Assembly: GCF_963676685.1 (NCBI RefSeq)
Contig: NC_092348.1
Span: 17,236,001-17,300,000 of the forward strand
Origin: Mytilus edulis
Lineage: Eukaryota
DNA length: 64,000 nt
Direction: 5' to 3'
Shown here: one piece after another, positions 1-12,967 of the stretch
Layout of the letters: every line of letters starts with the position of its first letter
Numbering within the stretch: the first letter of the stretch is position 1
Position numbers and translations under genes: made by a program
The notes under the pieces: model-generated
What the model saw: the letters and a program-made list of their open reading frames with translations, nothing else
The model's database searches: none
What the model was told of the DNA's origin: nothing

Positions 1-1149
1 ATGTTATGAGGTGCTTCGAAAGTTTCTTATACTGTGTATGCACTAAAAGGTGAAAGGTTAGTAATAGAAACAGTTAACTTTGCATTACATGATTAAGTCA
101 TATTGCAAAATTGTCTCCTCTCCATGTTGTGATAATAAATATAAGATTGTCAAATGAATTAATGGAATATGTTTCCTACACTATAAATATATACCTGAAA
201 AGAGTATGTGATTCTATTTTTTCTCTAGTAATGCAGTGCTGATAACAGAACTTTGATAGTTTAACTTTATCACAACCATTTACAGAGTTCGGACAGAACT
301 AGAGCATATCATAATTCTGATACTTGTCATCCTTTTAGCTATTTAGTGAAATAATGTCACATCGTCAAGAAATTCGAATATTATTTTGACATAACGACTT
401 CTTAATTCTAAAAAAAAACTAGCATACCACATTGATTGTTTTTTAAAAGCAATACCGGAAGCATATTACCATTTTTAGCATCATAAACTGTCAGGCCTGT
501 ATTTTCAAATGTCATATCACGCATTATCTACCAATTAAGTGTTTAATTTAGGATACTTCAATTTCCGTTTAATAGAAAGAAGTTTAACCGATTTAATTTG
601 CTATCTATTATCCTGAAAGAAGGATCGTTTTACCAAAGATTATTTCTTTGTGAATTAGTTCTACCTTTTATTATCATCATCGTATATTTTTATGGACTAC
701 GGAATGCAATCACACCGTCATCTGGGAAGGGAACGGTGGTTCTCCCATGATTTTATTTTTATTTTTACTAGATGAAATGTTACGTGTTCATTTGATTGCT
801 GTTAACGTCTTAACGTAGTTTAATACCCCTCCCACGATATGTTAAAAAACTCGTTTATTAAGTTTTACATAAATCAGTATGAATAAAGACAAAGTTTGAA
901 ATTAAGTATTATTCTACCCATCATACTCGAAATGTTAAAATAAATGTTGATTCATCGGTAAAAGATCATCGTCACAATGCTGATAAAACTCTACTTTTTA
1001 TCAAGATTGAAGTAACATTGTTGAAATTTTCCGTGTTCATTGCAGTGAAGGAGGCTTAATATCTATTTCAAAATGGTTTCAATCACTAAAGACTTGCACC
1101 GTATATACACATGTAATAGGAGCAAAATTCATCAAAATCAAGGTTAATT

Positions 1150-1325
1150 AAGATACTCACAACTTCTTTTCTTTTGGCTCATTATGAGTTATAAATGTGT
1201 AATCAAAGGTGTATAGGATTTTCAACACCGAATGTTTTTCTGATGAAATGTCCCTTTACTCATTGCTGTACCGAACTTTTAGCTTCCATTGCAAAGTAAA
1301 TGTTGCCGTCTTCATCTTAGCAGAA
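1150..1325 (-). pseudogene. Possible decayed NHL-repeat/beta-propeller fragment (TRIM-NHL-like)
   Basis: A minus frame reads C*DEDGNIYFAMEAKSSVQQ*VKGHFIRKTFGVENPIHL*, resembling the D-x-DGNIYVA...V-Q...G-x-x-P NHL repeat. It has in-frame stops and was matched by eye only. Confidence 0.3.
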
Positions 1326-3165
1326 GTAAAAAAATAAGTTATTCTATATTACTAGAACTGAAGTATGATTGTCTCTATGACCTTGATGTAAGTCCAAGGT
1401 GAAGCGATATATAATAGAAGAGTTTGTGTTACTACATGTATCGTGAAGTTCATTTAGAGGGTTGCTGCTAAAAGGAAGCAAAGGAAAAGGTGATCACGTA
1501 TGTTCAATCGTCATTACCCATTACACGGACATTGTGTATTTCTATTGGTCGTTGTAGACTAAGCCAATGTAAATTGTTAGTATTGGCTTACTTTGTTGAT
1601 AAATTGAGACAATTATTTCTAATTATTTTATTTTGTATTCTTTTATCTTTTGTTTGTGTTTGTACTTATACATTTGATCGGTATCTTTAAGCTAAGACGT
1701 AACCTTGGACTTATGTCCTTTGTATCTATTTAGCAATTCTAATAAAACGTATGAACAAATAAAAGATAATGCATATATTGAAGACATCATGCATTCTCTT
1801 AATCCGTTTGACTCATCACAAACACTTTAATTGGTGATATTTACTTTGTCAAGTGAAGATAATGCAATCAAGTCATCGCACCAATCCGATTTTCTTACAA
1901 ATTAAAGGGAACATTAATTCTTCAAAAACATATACAAATTAGCAATTTTGTTTCAATAACATTGTGAATAACTTTTAACAAAGTAAAAAAATCTACAGAA
2001 CACCGTACAGTCTCCTTATTTGTGATGATGTCAAGTCAAGTCCTCAATTAAACACTTACGGCCAGATTTAAATCAATATCACTATGACGAAACCCAATGA
2101 AACATAAAAATAACAACGATACTAGAAACACCAAGGAATGCTTTTGAAATAGTGAAATACATGTGTCAAGGGAACATTTTGATATCCGAAATCAAAGGAT
2201 ACTTAAGTGGCCTTATCGTGTATTTTCCTTTTTGAAATGCATTATAATACCAACGTTCTAATAATGTTTTGATTTTTGATAAATTCGATGACCATCCTTA
2301 CTAAAAAAAGATTAACTTGAAAACAATTTAGGCCTGATTTGATTTGAATAAGTTTATAAAATTGGACCAACAAACCAACATGAAATTGTTGCAAATATGT
2401 TAAATATAAAGACTATTATTTTCTTTTTAGCTAGGCTTATTATTAATGTAATGTGTTATATGTTGATTAATATCAATAATCGTTGATCGGAAAATAAATT
2501 AGGAAGATAATATAAAAAAAGATTAGATCTAAAACTTCCTTGTTTCTTAATTGTGAAGCAGAGATGAATTTCGTGGACACTGCACGGTTAATCTTACGCT
2601 CCTAATCCTTTCAAAAGTGTGAATGAATGCCATATAATTGCTTGTTTATAGCTATCAAAGCATATATAGTAATAATTATATTTTCTACATGATCTCGTCA
2701 ATCAATGTCGGATTAGCAGGTTCTTTAGTTTAGTATATTATTTTACAACACAGCCATACTGATCTTTAGATATTGCAATACCACAAGTAAATGTCAGTGA
2801 TATTTAACAAAAAAGGATATTCGCCTACATTGTCGTGCTACGTATAACTTTAATCCTGCCAACAAAATGAATTTTATAATTCCTTAGGAATGCAGATTTT
2901 GAAATGTCAACATTTACATGCTAAAAATATTACTATTTCTAAGTATGTTGTCGTCTATGAAATTTAATTTGTAACATGTTGCAACACGCGTCAAAAGATG
3001 GCCTTACGTCTTTAAAATTACTTTCTGGTTGACGTTAACGTAATTGTGAGACCATTCATATTTTTTACTATACATAAAGAGCTCGAAAACAACAAAACTA
3101 TGTCTGATCAGTGTTGTTTAAAAATGAATTTGACTGTCAGTTCACGAATCAGGTTAATATGAAAT

Positions 3166-3247
3166 TATTGATTGATTTATTGTTTAAGCGCCCGTTTTTA
3201 TTGATGGTGGAAGCTGGAGCGCCGGAGAAAACCAGCGACCTTCGGTT
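3166..3247 (-). mobile_element. V-SINE-like 3' fragment
   Basis: ggtggaagctggagcgccggagaaaaccagcgacct resembles the reverse complement of the V-domain core (GGTTTTCTCCGGGTACTCCGGTTTCCTCC). It is preceded by a (TTGA)n tail. Confidence 0.55.
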
Positions 3248-3375
3248 ATTTAAAAAACCAAAATGGTGTATAAATGATAAATTAATGACGTAACAATAAA
3301 AAAAAATACTTCTTCGTCGCTTTCAAGAAAAGAACTAGATACAAAACATTGAGGATGGAGATGTGTCAAAGAATC

Positions 3376-3510
3376 AATAGTTATCAAAAGATCCAGGCTG
3401 ATAATTAAATACACCAGACGCGCGTTTCGTCTTCCTTAGACTCATCTGTGACACTTAGATCAAAATAGTAAGAAAGCCAAACAAGTACAAAGTTGAAGAG
3501 CATTGATGAA
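3376..3510 (-). ncRNA. Retrozyme/pLTR fragment with mutated type I hammerhead (3411-3454)
   Basis: Minus strand reads GUGUCA-CAGAUGA-GUC..GAC-GAAA-CGCGCG-UC-UGGUGU. The core CUGAUGA is changed to CAGAUGA. Confidence 0.8.
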
Positions 3511-4029
3511 CAACATTTGATCAAAGAGTAAAAACCAAACTGACGAACGCCACCAATGGGTCTTCATCACAGTGAGGAAAGTTTGCACCCAGAGGCGGAC
3601 GTAGGCTTGCCTCTTAACATAAAAGCTTCATTGAAATATTTAAAACATAATCAAACATGTATTTCCGACAACATTTTGAATTCAAATCAGTCTGTACATG
3701 ATACAGTACATATATAAGAGTTCTCGAGACTAGTTAGCAGCTCTGTCACGTTTATTCTTAACAGTCTATGACAAATGGATTTGAACTTTTTGAAATGGAA
3801 TCAATCATCAAATTATTTGTCGTTAAAATAAATGGCATTCGTTCTAAAATGATTATAAAACAATAGTTGATGCAATGCCTATCCAAATCGATGTAGGTTT
3901 GATATTGTTCATACGTTTATCATTATTATGTTGAACGTTTTTATCCAATTAAACTGACATAATTGATAAATCAGGTACAGATAAGTATCTTTGTATCTCA
4001 ACTTGCAGCTGGAAATTGATTATGAAAAA

Positions 4030-4320
4030 CGGATGAGAACTAATTTTAACGACAAATGAGATGAGTTTTAGCTTTCCAAGTATAAAATTTCAGTTATGGT
4101 ACATCTATATCAAAAATAATCCTCGATTAGGTCATTATCGCATTTTACATTTCTTCGTATATCTGTTTCCACGTCCGGTGTTCCTTGGATCACCCTCTGT
4201 TCGTGTTGCTTACTGCTTAATTTTACAGTGAGTGTTTTGTCAATAGTTTTCCTTTTGTGATATTTTTTCTCTGTTTTTCAACTTGGTGTTTTAAATAAAC
4301 CTTTGTTATATTCTTCCTAT
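4030..4320 (+). mobile_element. Highly degraded Penelope-like element 3' remnant
   Basis: gacaaatgagatgagttttagctttcca is a decayed DKRDDFSFP motif. It is followed by the tail sequence (caccc...gttcgtgttgct) seen after other Penelope-like remnants in this window. Confidence 0.5.
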
Positions 4321-4344
4321 TTTCAACAGTACAAAGTATATCAT

Positions 4345-4523
4345 ACTTAGCTTACCTTAGCTGTATTTCACAAAACTTTGAGAATGTTTGGTACTCAATG
4401 CTCTTTAACTTCGTACTTTTAAATATTTTGGATTCGAGCGTGACTGATGAATCTTTTGTAGACGAAACGCCCGTCTGGTGTAAATATAAAATATTTGATT
4501 CTGGCATCTAGGATGAGTTTATT
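4345..4523 (+). ncRNA. Retrozyme/pLTR fragment with type I hammerhead (4438-4481)
   Basis: GCGUGA-CUGAUGA-AUC-UUUUGUA-GAC-GAAA-CGCCCG-UC-UGGUGU. The core is intact; stems I-III each carry a substitution. Confidence 0.85.
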
Positions 4524-5179
4524 ATCATACAGGAACAGTGATGTTTACCCTGATTTCCAAATGATGTGCCCCACTTTTTCTTAATTTTCAAATTAAAGTA
4601 ATAGTCTTTTCATCGGTAACTGTAAAGCAGAATTTATATTGTGTGTTTTCATTTCTAAACATCATATTGATCTGTTTAAAAGGGAGGGAAGTGTTGTTTA
4701 TTGTGTTTTCTGTTCCAGTCATTGGTATATTTTGAAACGTAACCAACAACTTCAAGTCTAAATGACTTTTCGTGTTGATACAAAACATTAATTTGCCTAA
4801 AATCGTTTTCACAATATATAAACATGTTTGACCTATATACATTCCTACTTGATACATCATACTAGACTTAATGCATCCAATACTGAAGATTTAGCCATAG
4901 TTACGATGGATCATCAGTCACTATAAAGATGAAAAACATATTCAATAATACAAGAACAACACTCATTTGATATCTATATACCGTCTAGTTCATATTCCCT
5001 CACTAAATCAAATCTTTATGATACAGATTTATCACATGGGCACAGTTAATTCATTGAAAGATAAATGATGTTGTTACTATCAATATGGATGTGAAAATTA
5101 TGAGATTTGGAATTGTAGGCTAATGAGTAGCTACTAATTATATTTGGGTTATGTTTTTTTTATTAAACGAACATTTAAG

Positions 5180-6060
5180 AGTAGGATATGATTGTCTAGG
5201 AGACAACTCTTCATCTGAGACTAGATGACGTAGACAAATAACAACATTTTAATGTAAACCATAGAAACGTAAAAACAAACGGACGACTAAATATTAATAG
5301 CAAATTGTTACGCTTCTTTCGGTAGGTTTGCTTTGTTACATCGTTGTCAGTTTAATGTTAACCCAATATTTAATATTGATATGTTAACAAACAAAATGAA
5401 ATAAGATTGCTACAGGTCAGTTTGAAAGAAGATTTTGTAAGCAGTCTTGCGAATGCAAATTACTGCGACGGAATTACAAGTTTAAGGCCAATGAAGTGAA
5501 TGTAATGCAATCAGGCATTTCTACTTGACCTTATCTATATTAGCCAAATGAGGTGCTTGTAATAAGTAACAATTTAATTTTAATAACAGACTACAGATAC
5601 ACTTAGTTTAAATTGAAGGCATTTTCCCTACCATAGATTGATGTTCAAGGTAAGGTCTAAAGGTCATTCTTGTGATTGGTTTACAAAGGGTATAATTAAT
5701 AATGCAGTGTACATGATCACAATAGCATGACTGTATCTCGAGTTCATTAAACTGCAATGTAACAAATATTGTGTTGTTATGAAACTAGTACTGCTATTGA
5801 TAATGTTATTTCTTCCTCGTTCACTAAAAGAAAAATTAAAATATAAAAACCAAAACAACATTATTTAACTATCAATATGATCATCCAAATTTAAAGAGCC
5901 TGCATTATATTTATATTATTGTGGGGGGGAGCGCTTATGTTTATCAAAATCTTCTTTAATAGTTAAGTTGCCTTGTATTCTCCTTTATTTACTATATGTG
6001 TATAACATGTTGACAGCCGTCCATTGTACAAAATGTATTGATGGTGACGATACCACATCA
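5180..6060 (+). repeat. Older, diverged third copy of part of the segmental duplication
   Basis: Collinear similarity to 16760-17650 and 24545-26230, e.g. caaatgaggtgcttgtaa.aagtaacaattt.att..aataaca.act and cgagttcattaaa. Confidence 0.85.
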
Positions 6061-7389
6061 AATATTTGCAATTGCATCCTTTTGATATTTGATTCACTCA
6101 TTATACTCTTGTTTATATTCATAACACCACTTTTTAAACACCAGCGTAGTAATGGGCAAAAACAACATTACCATCAACCTAATATAAAATGTCTTCCTAA
6201 TCAAGATCACCCTTCAAAAGCTTTGATGTCCTTCTTTCAAATCTTCACCATCCGCTAGGGTAACATTACATTAGAACTTTTTTTCACTGCCTGTAAATAA
6301 CCTTAAATTTTTGAGAAATTATGCACTTGAACAGGGATGCATAAATACGTCTCCAATATACAGACGGGTCAGTATGGTTTTTTGATTAGCTCTTTCTGTG
6401 GTTTTTATAAGATAAGATCTGAACTATTATATGAAAAAAACAGGAATTTTTTTCTGTATTGTTTTCTTATAAAGGAATTGATGCTATCAACATCAGCAAC
6501 GTTCTCAAGGAGGTAAAATCTGTTCCCCGCTCGCCTTATTTTTGGCGTTATTATTTTTATCAGGCCTGTTGGTGGAATAATGTAAGCTTAATAGTACTGC
6601 AACTGACATCGAAAAAGACGCTTAGTTAACGAGTTTAATGGTCCGGAATAACACACGGCTGCAAATTGTTTTAAATGATAGAATAATGTCTATATTTTAA
6701 TTTCCGTCGGGTCGTAAAAAGTTTCTATGGTCACATTTTTGTATTTTATCCCTTTAATGGGGATACCCCTCAATTTACGGTTTTGGGTAGTTACCTTAAA
6801 ATCCAAAAATATATTTTTTGGTTAAATTTACCGCTATTTTCGTAAATATTCCCTATGCACATATCATCAAGGATCATCGGAATGATGAAGACATAAATAT
6901 TATACCATCTACAAGTAAAACTTTCAAACTTAAAGTTGGCTGTTTTTTAGATAGAAATTTAACGCGTTTTTCTTTGAAAACGAGAAAACATATGATTCAA
7001 AAACAGTATTTGACATTTGAGAGGACACAACATATTATTGCGATACTGCATGCAAATTTTGTTGGGCAAATTCCAAACAATTTTGTCAAAAACTCAAAAA
7101 TAAAAACATCATTTGTACCTTTTTTAATTACGGAAATTTCCTATCCATCAATCAGCTCCACCTTTATTTTTTCATTCACAATCAATTTGATAGTTTCGAT
7201 GTGATTATGTAGATTTTGTAGGAGAAGTTAATCTATTTTTGAGTGATTTGAATATATATAGTAGTTCTGTCGTGTATCTTCTGTAAATAAGTTATATTTT
7301 TGTTAATAAAATTTTAACTTTATATAAAAGTTAACCAAATCCTTCGGATAAGAGGTTTTTCCGGATAATGACTATAGTTGACATTGTGT

Positions 7390-8750
7390 GAAAATACATT
7401 GTATGTCAATGTTTAACCTCAGAGCAATTAATATGCATGCAAGTGGTCGGGGGAAAAGTACTATCGAAGTTTCGCAGAGATTTGGTGTGTGACAAGGTAA
7501 TGCTAAAACCAACTTCTCTTGATATTCTGCTTTCCGTGGGCGAATCATCAGTGATGTTATGAGACTTGCACCAGAAGGCAAAATTGGTGCGTCTTTAAAT
7601 TAAATTGATTAATTGATTGTTGGTTGCTTGTCAGTGGCAAATATTTCATGCATGTTCAGGACGAAAACAAGCTAACAATAAAAACAATAGGTAGGTTTTG
7701 TCATAATAGAGGCCATTCGGGATGATTATCGGGAAAATTTAGACTACCACTGGAAAATGATGGGATATTGGATTGGGACAGAATTTTTCATTGCAACATT
7801 CCACCTACGGACCCCTTAAAGAGTTGATGCAAAGGTTTTTAATGTGCAAAGAACGTGACACTCCCTTTACACGAGGCAGCGGATTTAACGTCCCCATTCT
7901 GACCGGACGGGACTGCGAACTTGATACATCCCGCACAGCCAAACGGACGCCAAACTTCGTTTTACTGCCGGTCGGGGGAAGACCAAGTGACCATATTTCG
8001 TTTCCCCAGTCACCCTTGGGGAACTTTAAATTAGAAACAACAGAATCCATATATGTGATCAAACTGATCGACATGTAACCTCACAACCTGACACTTTTAT
8101 ACGATCTCGCGCTCAGTTTCTTCCTTGTAGTTTAGATATGAAAATAGGGTTTTTGTGTAAAAGAAAAACCTTAAAAAAAAACAGAAAACTACGCAAAACT
8201 GAGTCCTCTAAACGTGTTAACAGTCTTTTAAGTTGTGCTTATTAATGTGAGTAATCATTTATCCATGCATAACCAAGTACTTATTGAAGTCAACACCTGT
8301 GCAATTAAGTAAAACAGTCACTGAAAAAATAGAATTTGAACTTGCTGTCAGTTCATTAATAACGATTGTTAGTGATGTGATTTGTTTTTCCATAAGAAAA
8401 AGCCTTTCTCATGCATGTAGCACATCCTCTATATATACCGATCAATTTTACCCAAGATTGTCTCTGATGCTTACCAAACTGCCAAACTCCAGAACTAACT
8501 AGATATTGTGACACCTTACAATTCAGGCACAGTGGGGCCAAGGGATATGAATTATAGAGTTTAGCTCTGAACTCAATTTAGGGGATGCCATATCTGCTGC
8601 AGGAAAACTGAAGTCTATATTAAGATTTTCAGAATTACACCAAGGTGTGTCTGAAAATATCAAGGATACATTAAAAGAAGAACAATTACTTCATCCTGCC
8701 ACCAGTGGTCTTATGAGCTATGTCCTCGTTTTGGTATTTCTATGGAAATG
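7390..8750 (+). pseudogene. Disrupted Academ-like transposase ORF remnant, interrupted by a SINE
   Basis: Fragments KYIVCQCLTSEQL, RSRAQFLPCSLDMKIGFLCKRK and FSSELNLGDAISAAGKLK...EEQLLHPA resemble the CIICQ, RS..D..C.FC and ILH-AA regions of Academ proteins. Stops and frameshifts are present. Confidence 0.55.
7603..8023 (-). mobile_element. SINE-like retroposon with Deu/Nin-like core, nested in the Academ element
   Basis: 10-bp TSD ctttaaatta (7593-7602, 8024-8033), a (CAAT)n tail on the minus strand, a GC-richer body and a ggacgttaaa...gcacattaaaaacc core-like motif. Confidence 0.7.
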
Positions 8751-11700
8751 ATGCCCGCATAGCTTGTTAATAGATATAGGAAGATACGGTATGAGTGCCA
8801 ATGATACAACACACCATCCAAGTCACAATTTATAAAAGTAAACCATTATAGGCCACGGTCCGGTCTTCAACACAGAGGCTAGGCTAAAAAGTTCATTTGA
8901 TAGTTAATCGATGAAAAATAACACAAAGGCGCTTCTGAACCGTATATTGTCCCTAAAGATAACACAAATTCGTAAATGTATGGCTGTTACAAAATCAATC
9001 GTTTCTGTAGCAATTTCGCCCCTTTACATTTGGGACTGGCAGTGCAGATACATCATGCATATGCATATGGGAATATGGGTCACGAACATTGATTGAAACT
9101 TTGTACTCACATTTCTTTTGTGTTTCCTATGCAAAGGGAAGACTATATCTGACGAGTTTGACCAAAACATGACGGTATTTACGCTCCAGATAGCATTTGT
9201 ACTAAAAAAAAACTGTGTTTGCTTTGAACAAACTCTGTCCTGCGCCGAATTTGTTCTTATAAAAAAGGGAAGTGTCTTGTAATGCTAATACGCGTACTGA
9301 ATCCGCATATGATGACTAAGAGATTGATTCATGTCCCTATTTTATAAATACTTGAGCTATTGTGTGTCGCTTTTAAAAGTTATATAAGGATCATGACTGA
9401 ATTTGAATTACAACATTAGAAAATTGGCATTGCATTGTATAATTTTTCATCCTTCCCTTAAAAAATCAATGATTATCCTACTAAAAAAATGTTCATGCAC
9501 CAAACTGACTTTGTTTTACACTCAATTTTTTTTTAAACCTCGCATTCGCCTCGGCTGACTATAGTATATTTTGTGTTATTCCTGCTCTGTCCAGACTTTA
9601 CAAATACACAATATGTATTTATCTATAACTAGATACTAATTTTCACAAAATACACAACCTTTAAGATGCAAAATTAAAAACACTGTTTCAGCGCTTGAAT
9701 TTTGTTTTTTCAAAGATAGAAAAAATATAGAAATAATTTGATAAACTGGTGTTTTATACTTTAGAAAATAATTCTGTGATATACTATAGTGAAATACTAT
9801 ACACAATATGACAGTTTATGGATGTGAAAAGGTCAAGGCAACTTCTTCTTTTGCTATGTCTTAAATGGAAAAAAATCAGAAGGTTCCAAATCAACGCCAT
9901 TTTGTAATGGCAGCTCTTCATATAATTAGTCAAACTTGTCGTTTTAACATCGTTTATAGCATATGCTTATGGTTGAATCGTTTTTGTAGCATTCTATTGA
10001 ATAGATATCAGAATATTTCTCCTTTTTGTTCTTGTGTTTGAAATATTGATATTTTTAGGTCTGACCTTTGACCTCAATTTCACAAAATTGTAACCACTCT
10101 GGATTTTTACGACCCAACTTTTCTTATTGTACACGTTGTCCTCTTTCCATCGATATATAATTTAGGTGTGTGTTCTTCCGGACCATTAAAGTTTTAAAAA
10201 AATGAACTCTGGTTGCAGTACCATAAGTTTTAATCATTGTTTATATGATATCTTATTCATGACAAAAGAATGAAAATGTTTAACATAGCGTAATGAGACA
10301 AATAATATAAAAGACATCGTTATGGCGATACACAGAGTGTTCTTATAGAAAATGTTTACTCGTTTCTGTGTTTATGTTTTGTTGTTTTTCTATAATAAAT
10401 GTTTGATAATAATATAATTTTAAAAAATAGGTTATCTTTTAAAATTAAAAAAAAAAATTTGATTGACGTAAAACAAAACAAGTGTGTTTGTCTAAACGTA
10501 AGAAACTGAAAACGAATTATCGCCTCATACTTTATCGTGATAATTTATATAAAGTCAGTATCAAAAACAAGAGTCCTATATTTTATATTTTCGAAGCTTC
10601 TTAGACAAACGTCAATTGAAATCAGAGATAAAACATGATAAAATTACAAAATTATAATGTTAATAGTTATCAAAGGTACCAGGCTTATAATTATAAAACT
10701 GAATTTCAAAGTTCAATACCACAAAATTAAAATTAATTGTGTAGTTTCGGTTAAGATAACGTTGGATTGAATTGGTGTTATAAATTAATATCCATAGAAT
10801 TTTTGATAATTTGTTAAAATGTAGTTTTCAACATGACTTTCGCAAATATACAATAAAACGTATTAGTCACGGGGCTTTTTCTAAGCTACCAGTTGTGCAA
10901 AACTGTCAGATGTTGTATACATTATTAATGTGAAACATAATGTAATAGAAAGGAAACTAGATTTATAGAATTTCATAAGATTATATAAACTATGCGAAGA
11001 ACACTATTAATAATAGGCTCTCAAAATATAAAGCAAAAATCAGGGTCATTTGGGTTCGGGTTTTTTTTCAAAATATTTTGGTAAAAAAGTTGAGTTAATT
11101 GATTTATCACTCCTTGAATGTCAAAGATGAAAAAGATGAATCAACCACTAAATATTCTGTATTTGTAAAATAAAAAACACAAAATTATTCAGATGAAAAG
11201 GCTTGCAATTAAATGGCATTCTTTTCCCATATGCACTTTCATTTAAGATCTAGACCAATTGTTTTCTGTTATTACAACCAAACCAGATTGTGTAAAACAT
11301 ATAAGCTTCATTGTAACTAGACTTTGTCGGAATAGGTCTTAACGGGATTCTTCATTTTGTCATTGTATTTTATTTATATGTTTTTATTCATCATACTTTT
11401 TTTATTAACACAAGAATCAGCCTAATAGTTGTCATTTAAAGAACATTAATGGGAATAAAATGGCCTAGTTTTATGACACAAACATCATTTTCTCTTTGCA
11501 AGGTTTTGAACATTATTTTTGTCTATGTATTTGTTATAAAACTTTATAAGGATATCTTTGTCATTTGCTTTCATTTAATGATTATTTTATGTTTTATTGC
11601 ATAATCACTGTCGTAATATTGATTGTGGACACCTCCAGTCGTTTTAAAATTTAGTACAAAATAAATAATAATCCTTAAATATGGTAAAATGTAGAGTAAG

Positions 11701-12264
11701 CCGAGGACCTGACACACAAACTGTCGATTATTTCCAACATTATTTGTCAGCATTAATGTTTTTTAACATCACATTTATTTCTCGTTTATTTTTTGTGACA
11801 AAATATCTCTTTGATAAGGCTGTTGCTATTTTTTTCACTCATGTTTTTAAGTGTATGAGTTAAAAATGATGATTGAGTGCATGAATTCGTTCGTTCATTT
11901 TCCCTCCCATCTATTGTTTGATTCAGCAACTGCTTTAGTCTGATTCCCGTAGAATATATATAGAAACTCCTTAAAAATCCCACTCACACAATTTTCTTTA
12001 ACATTTTCTTCGTCAAGGTGAAGTTTCAGGAAAATACTCATAAGTATCCGCTTGTAATCAAGAACCACTTATGAGAATGTAATGAAATTTTCTCATAAAA
12101 TTCACCATATATTGCCATGAAGCACCATTTTTGTGGGTTTTTTTTGGACCGAATTATTTTTGCTGTTTTTTTTTCTAAACAAAACCAAAATTTACTCATG
12201 GGGTATCCTTTTTTTTGTTTGCTTAGCCGCTATAAAACCCACTTTATGAATTCATTGACTGAAC

Positions 12265-12967
12265 CAGGGCCGTAACGTAATGGAATCAACTGAGGCAAAT
12301 GCCTCACTTTTGATACGACGACCAAACTTTACAAGTGTAATTTTTTTCAATTATGTATTTTACATTATGATATTAATATCATTATGCGAGTTTCGAGTTT
12401 CAAATTATCTACCGGCACAATACATACAGTGTGTCCACTATGCAGCAGCGTGCAGCTTTTACTATAGCGGTGACGGTAAAACAATAAGTGTTCCGAATAC
12501 AAATCAAAATAGAAAAATTGAAACAAACTCGTGATGTCTTTACAAAACTGGGTGAAGACGGGTTCTGTAAAGAGAAAAAGATGAGAAAGGTAACTCGTGA
12601 GTTTAAACACCCCCTGTAAGTATGCAGGCTTATTGCTTGCTTTATTTTTTGAATGGATAATGCTATAGTTACCAATGTATACACTATCAATTCACTGAAC
12701 AACAAATGCTAATCGATACAATAATTCATTGACCAAAAATATAATAATTATTCATAATTAGTTTTAAACAAAATCATGAAGCGCCTTTTCTATGGGAGAC
12801 TCAAGTCTTTAATGTATTACTTTAAGGCAATTCATGATATTTATTTATCTTTAATAAACGTGTGAAACATATTTTTGGTATTGTTTGAAAATATCGACTC
12901 AAAATGTTTTCGCCTCGATCCGCTCGGCGATTTGCCTCATTTCGTTCGGCCTTGCGCTACGGCCTTG
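12265..12967. mobile_element. Non-autonomous TIR DNA transposon with 5-bp TSD (hAT5-like)
   Basis: Ends are CAGGGCCGTAACGTA and TGCGCTACGGCCTTG. The TSD is tgaac (12260-12264, 12968-12972). The empty site is visible in copy 2 near 18873. Confidence 0.85.

Larger units (their letters stand above)
6592..10223 (+). mobile_element. Academ-type DNA transposon, deleted and decayed
   Basis: Termini are TAGTACTGCAAC and GTTGCAGTACCA. Imperfect TIRs extend about 130 bp (tttaatggtccgga.../...tccggaccattaaa; gggtcgtaaaaa/tttttacgaccc). The TSD is 3-bp TAA (6589-6591, 10224-10226). Confidence 0.8.

Noticed and set aside
6818-7204. 128-aa ORF
   Set aside because: It has a TTG start, an AT-driven F/I/K composition and no recognisable domain, and it lies in the subterminal region of the Academ element.
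7773-8078. Overlapping ORFs on both strands (101 aa and 89 aa)
   Set aside because: They lie within a GC-richer SINE bounded by a 10-bp TSD, so they are chance ORFs.
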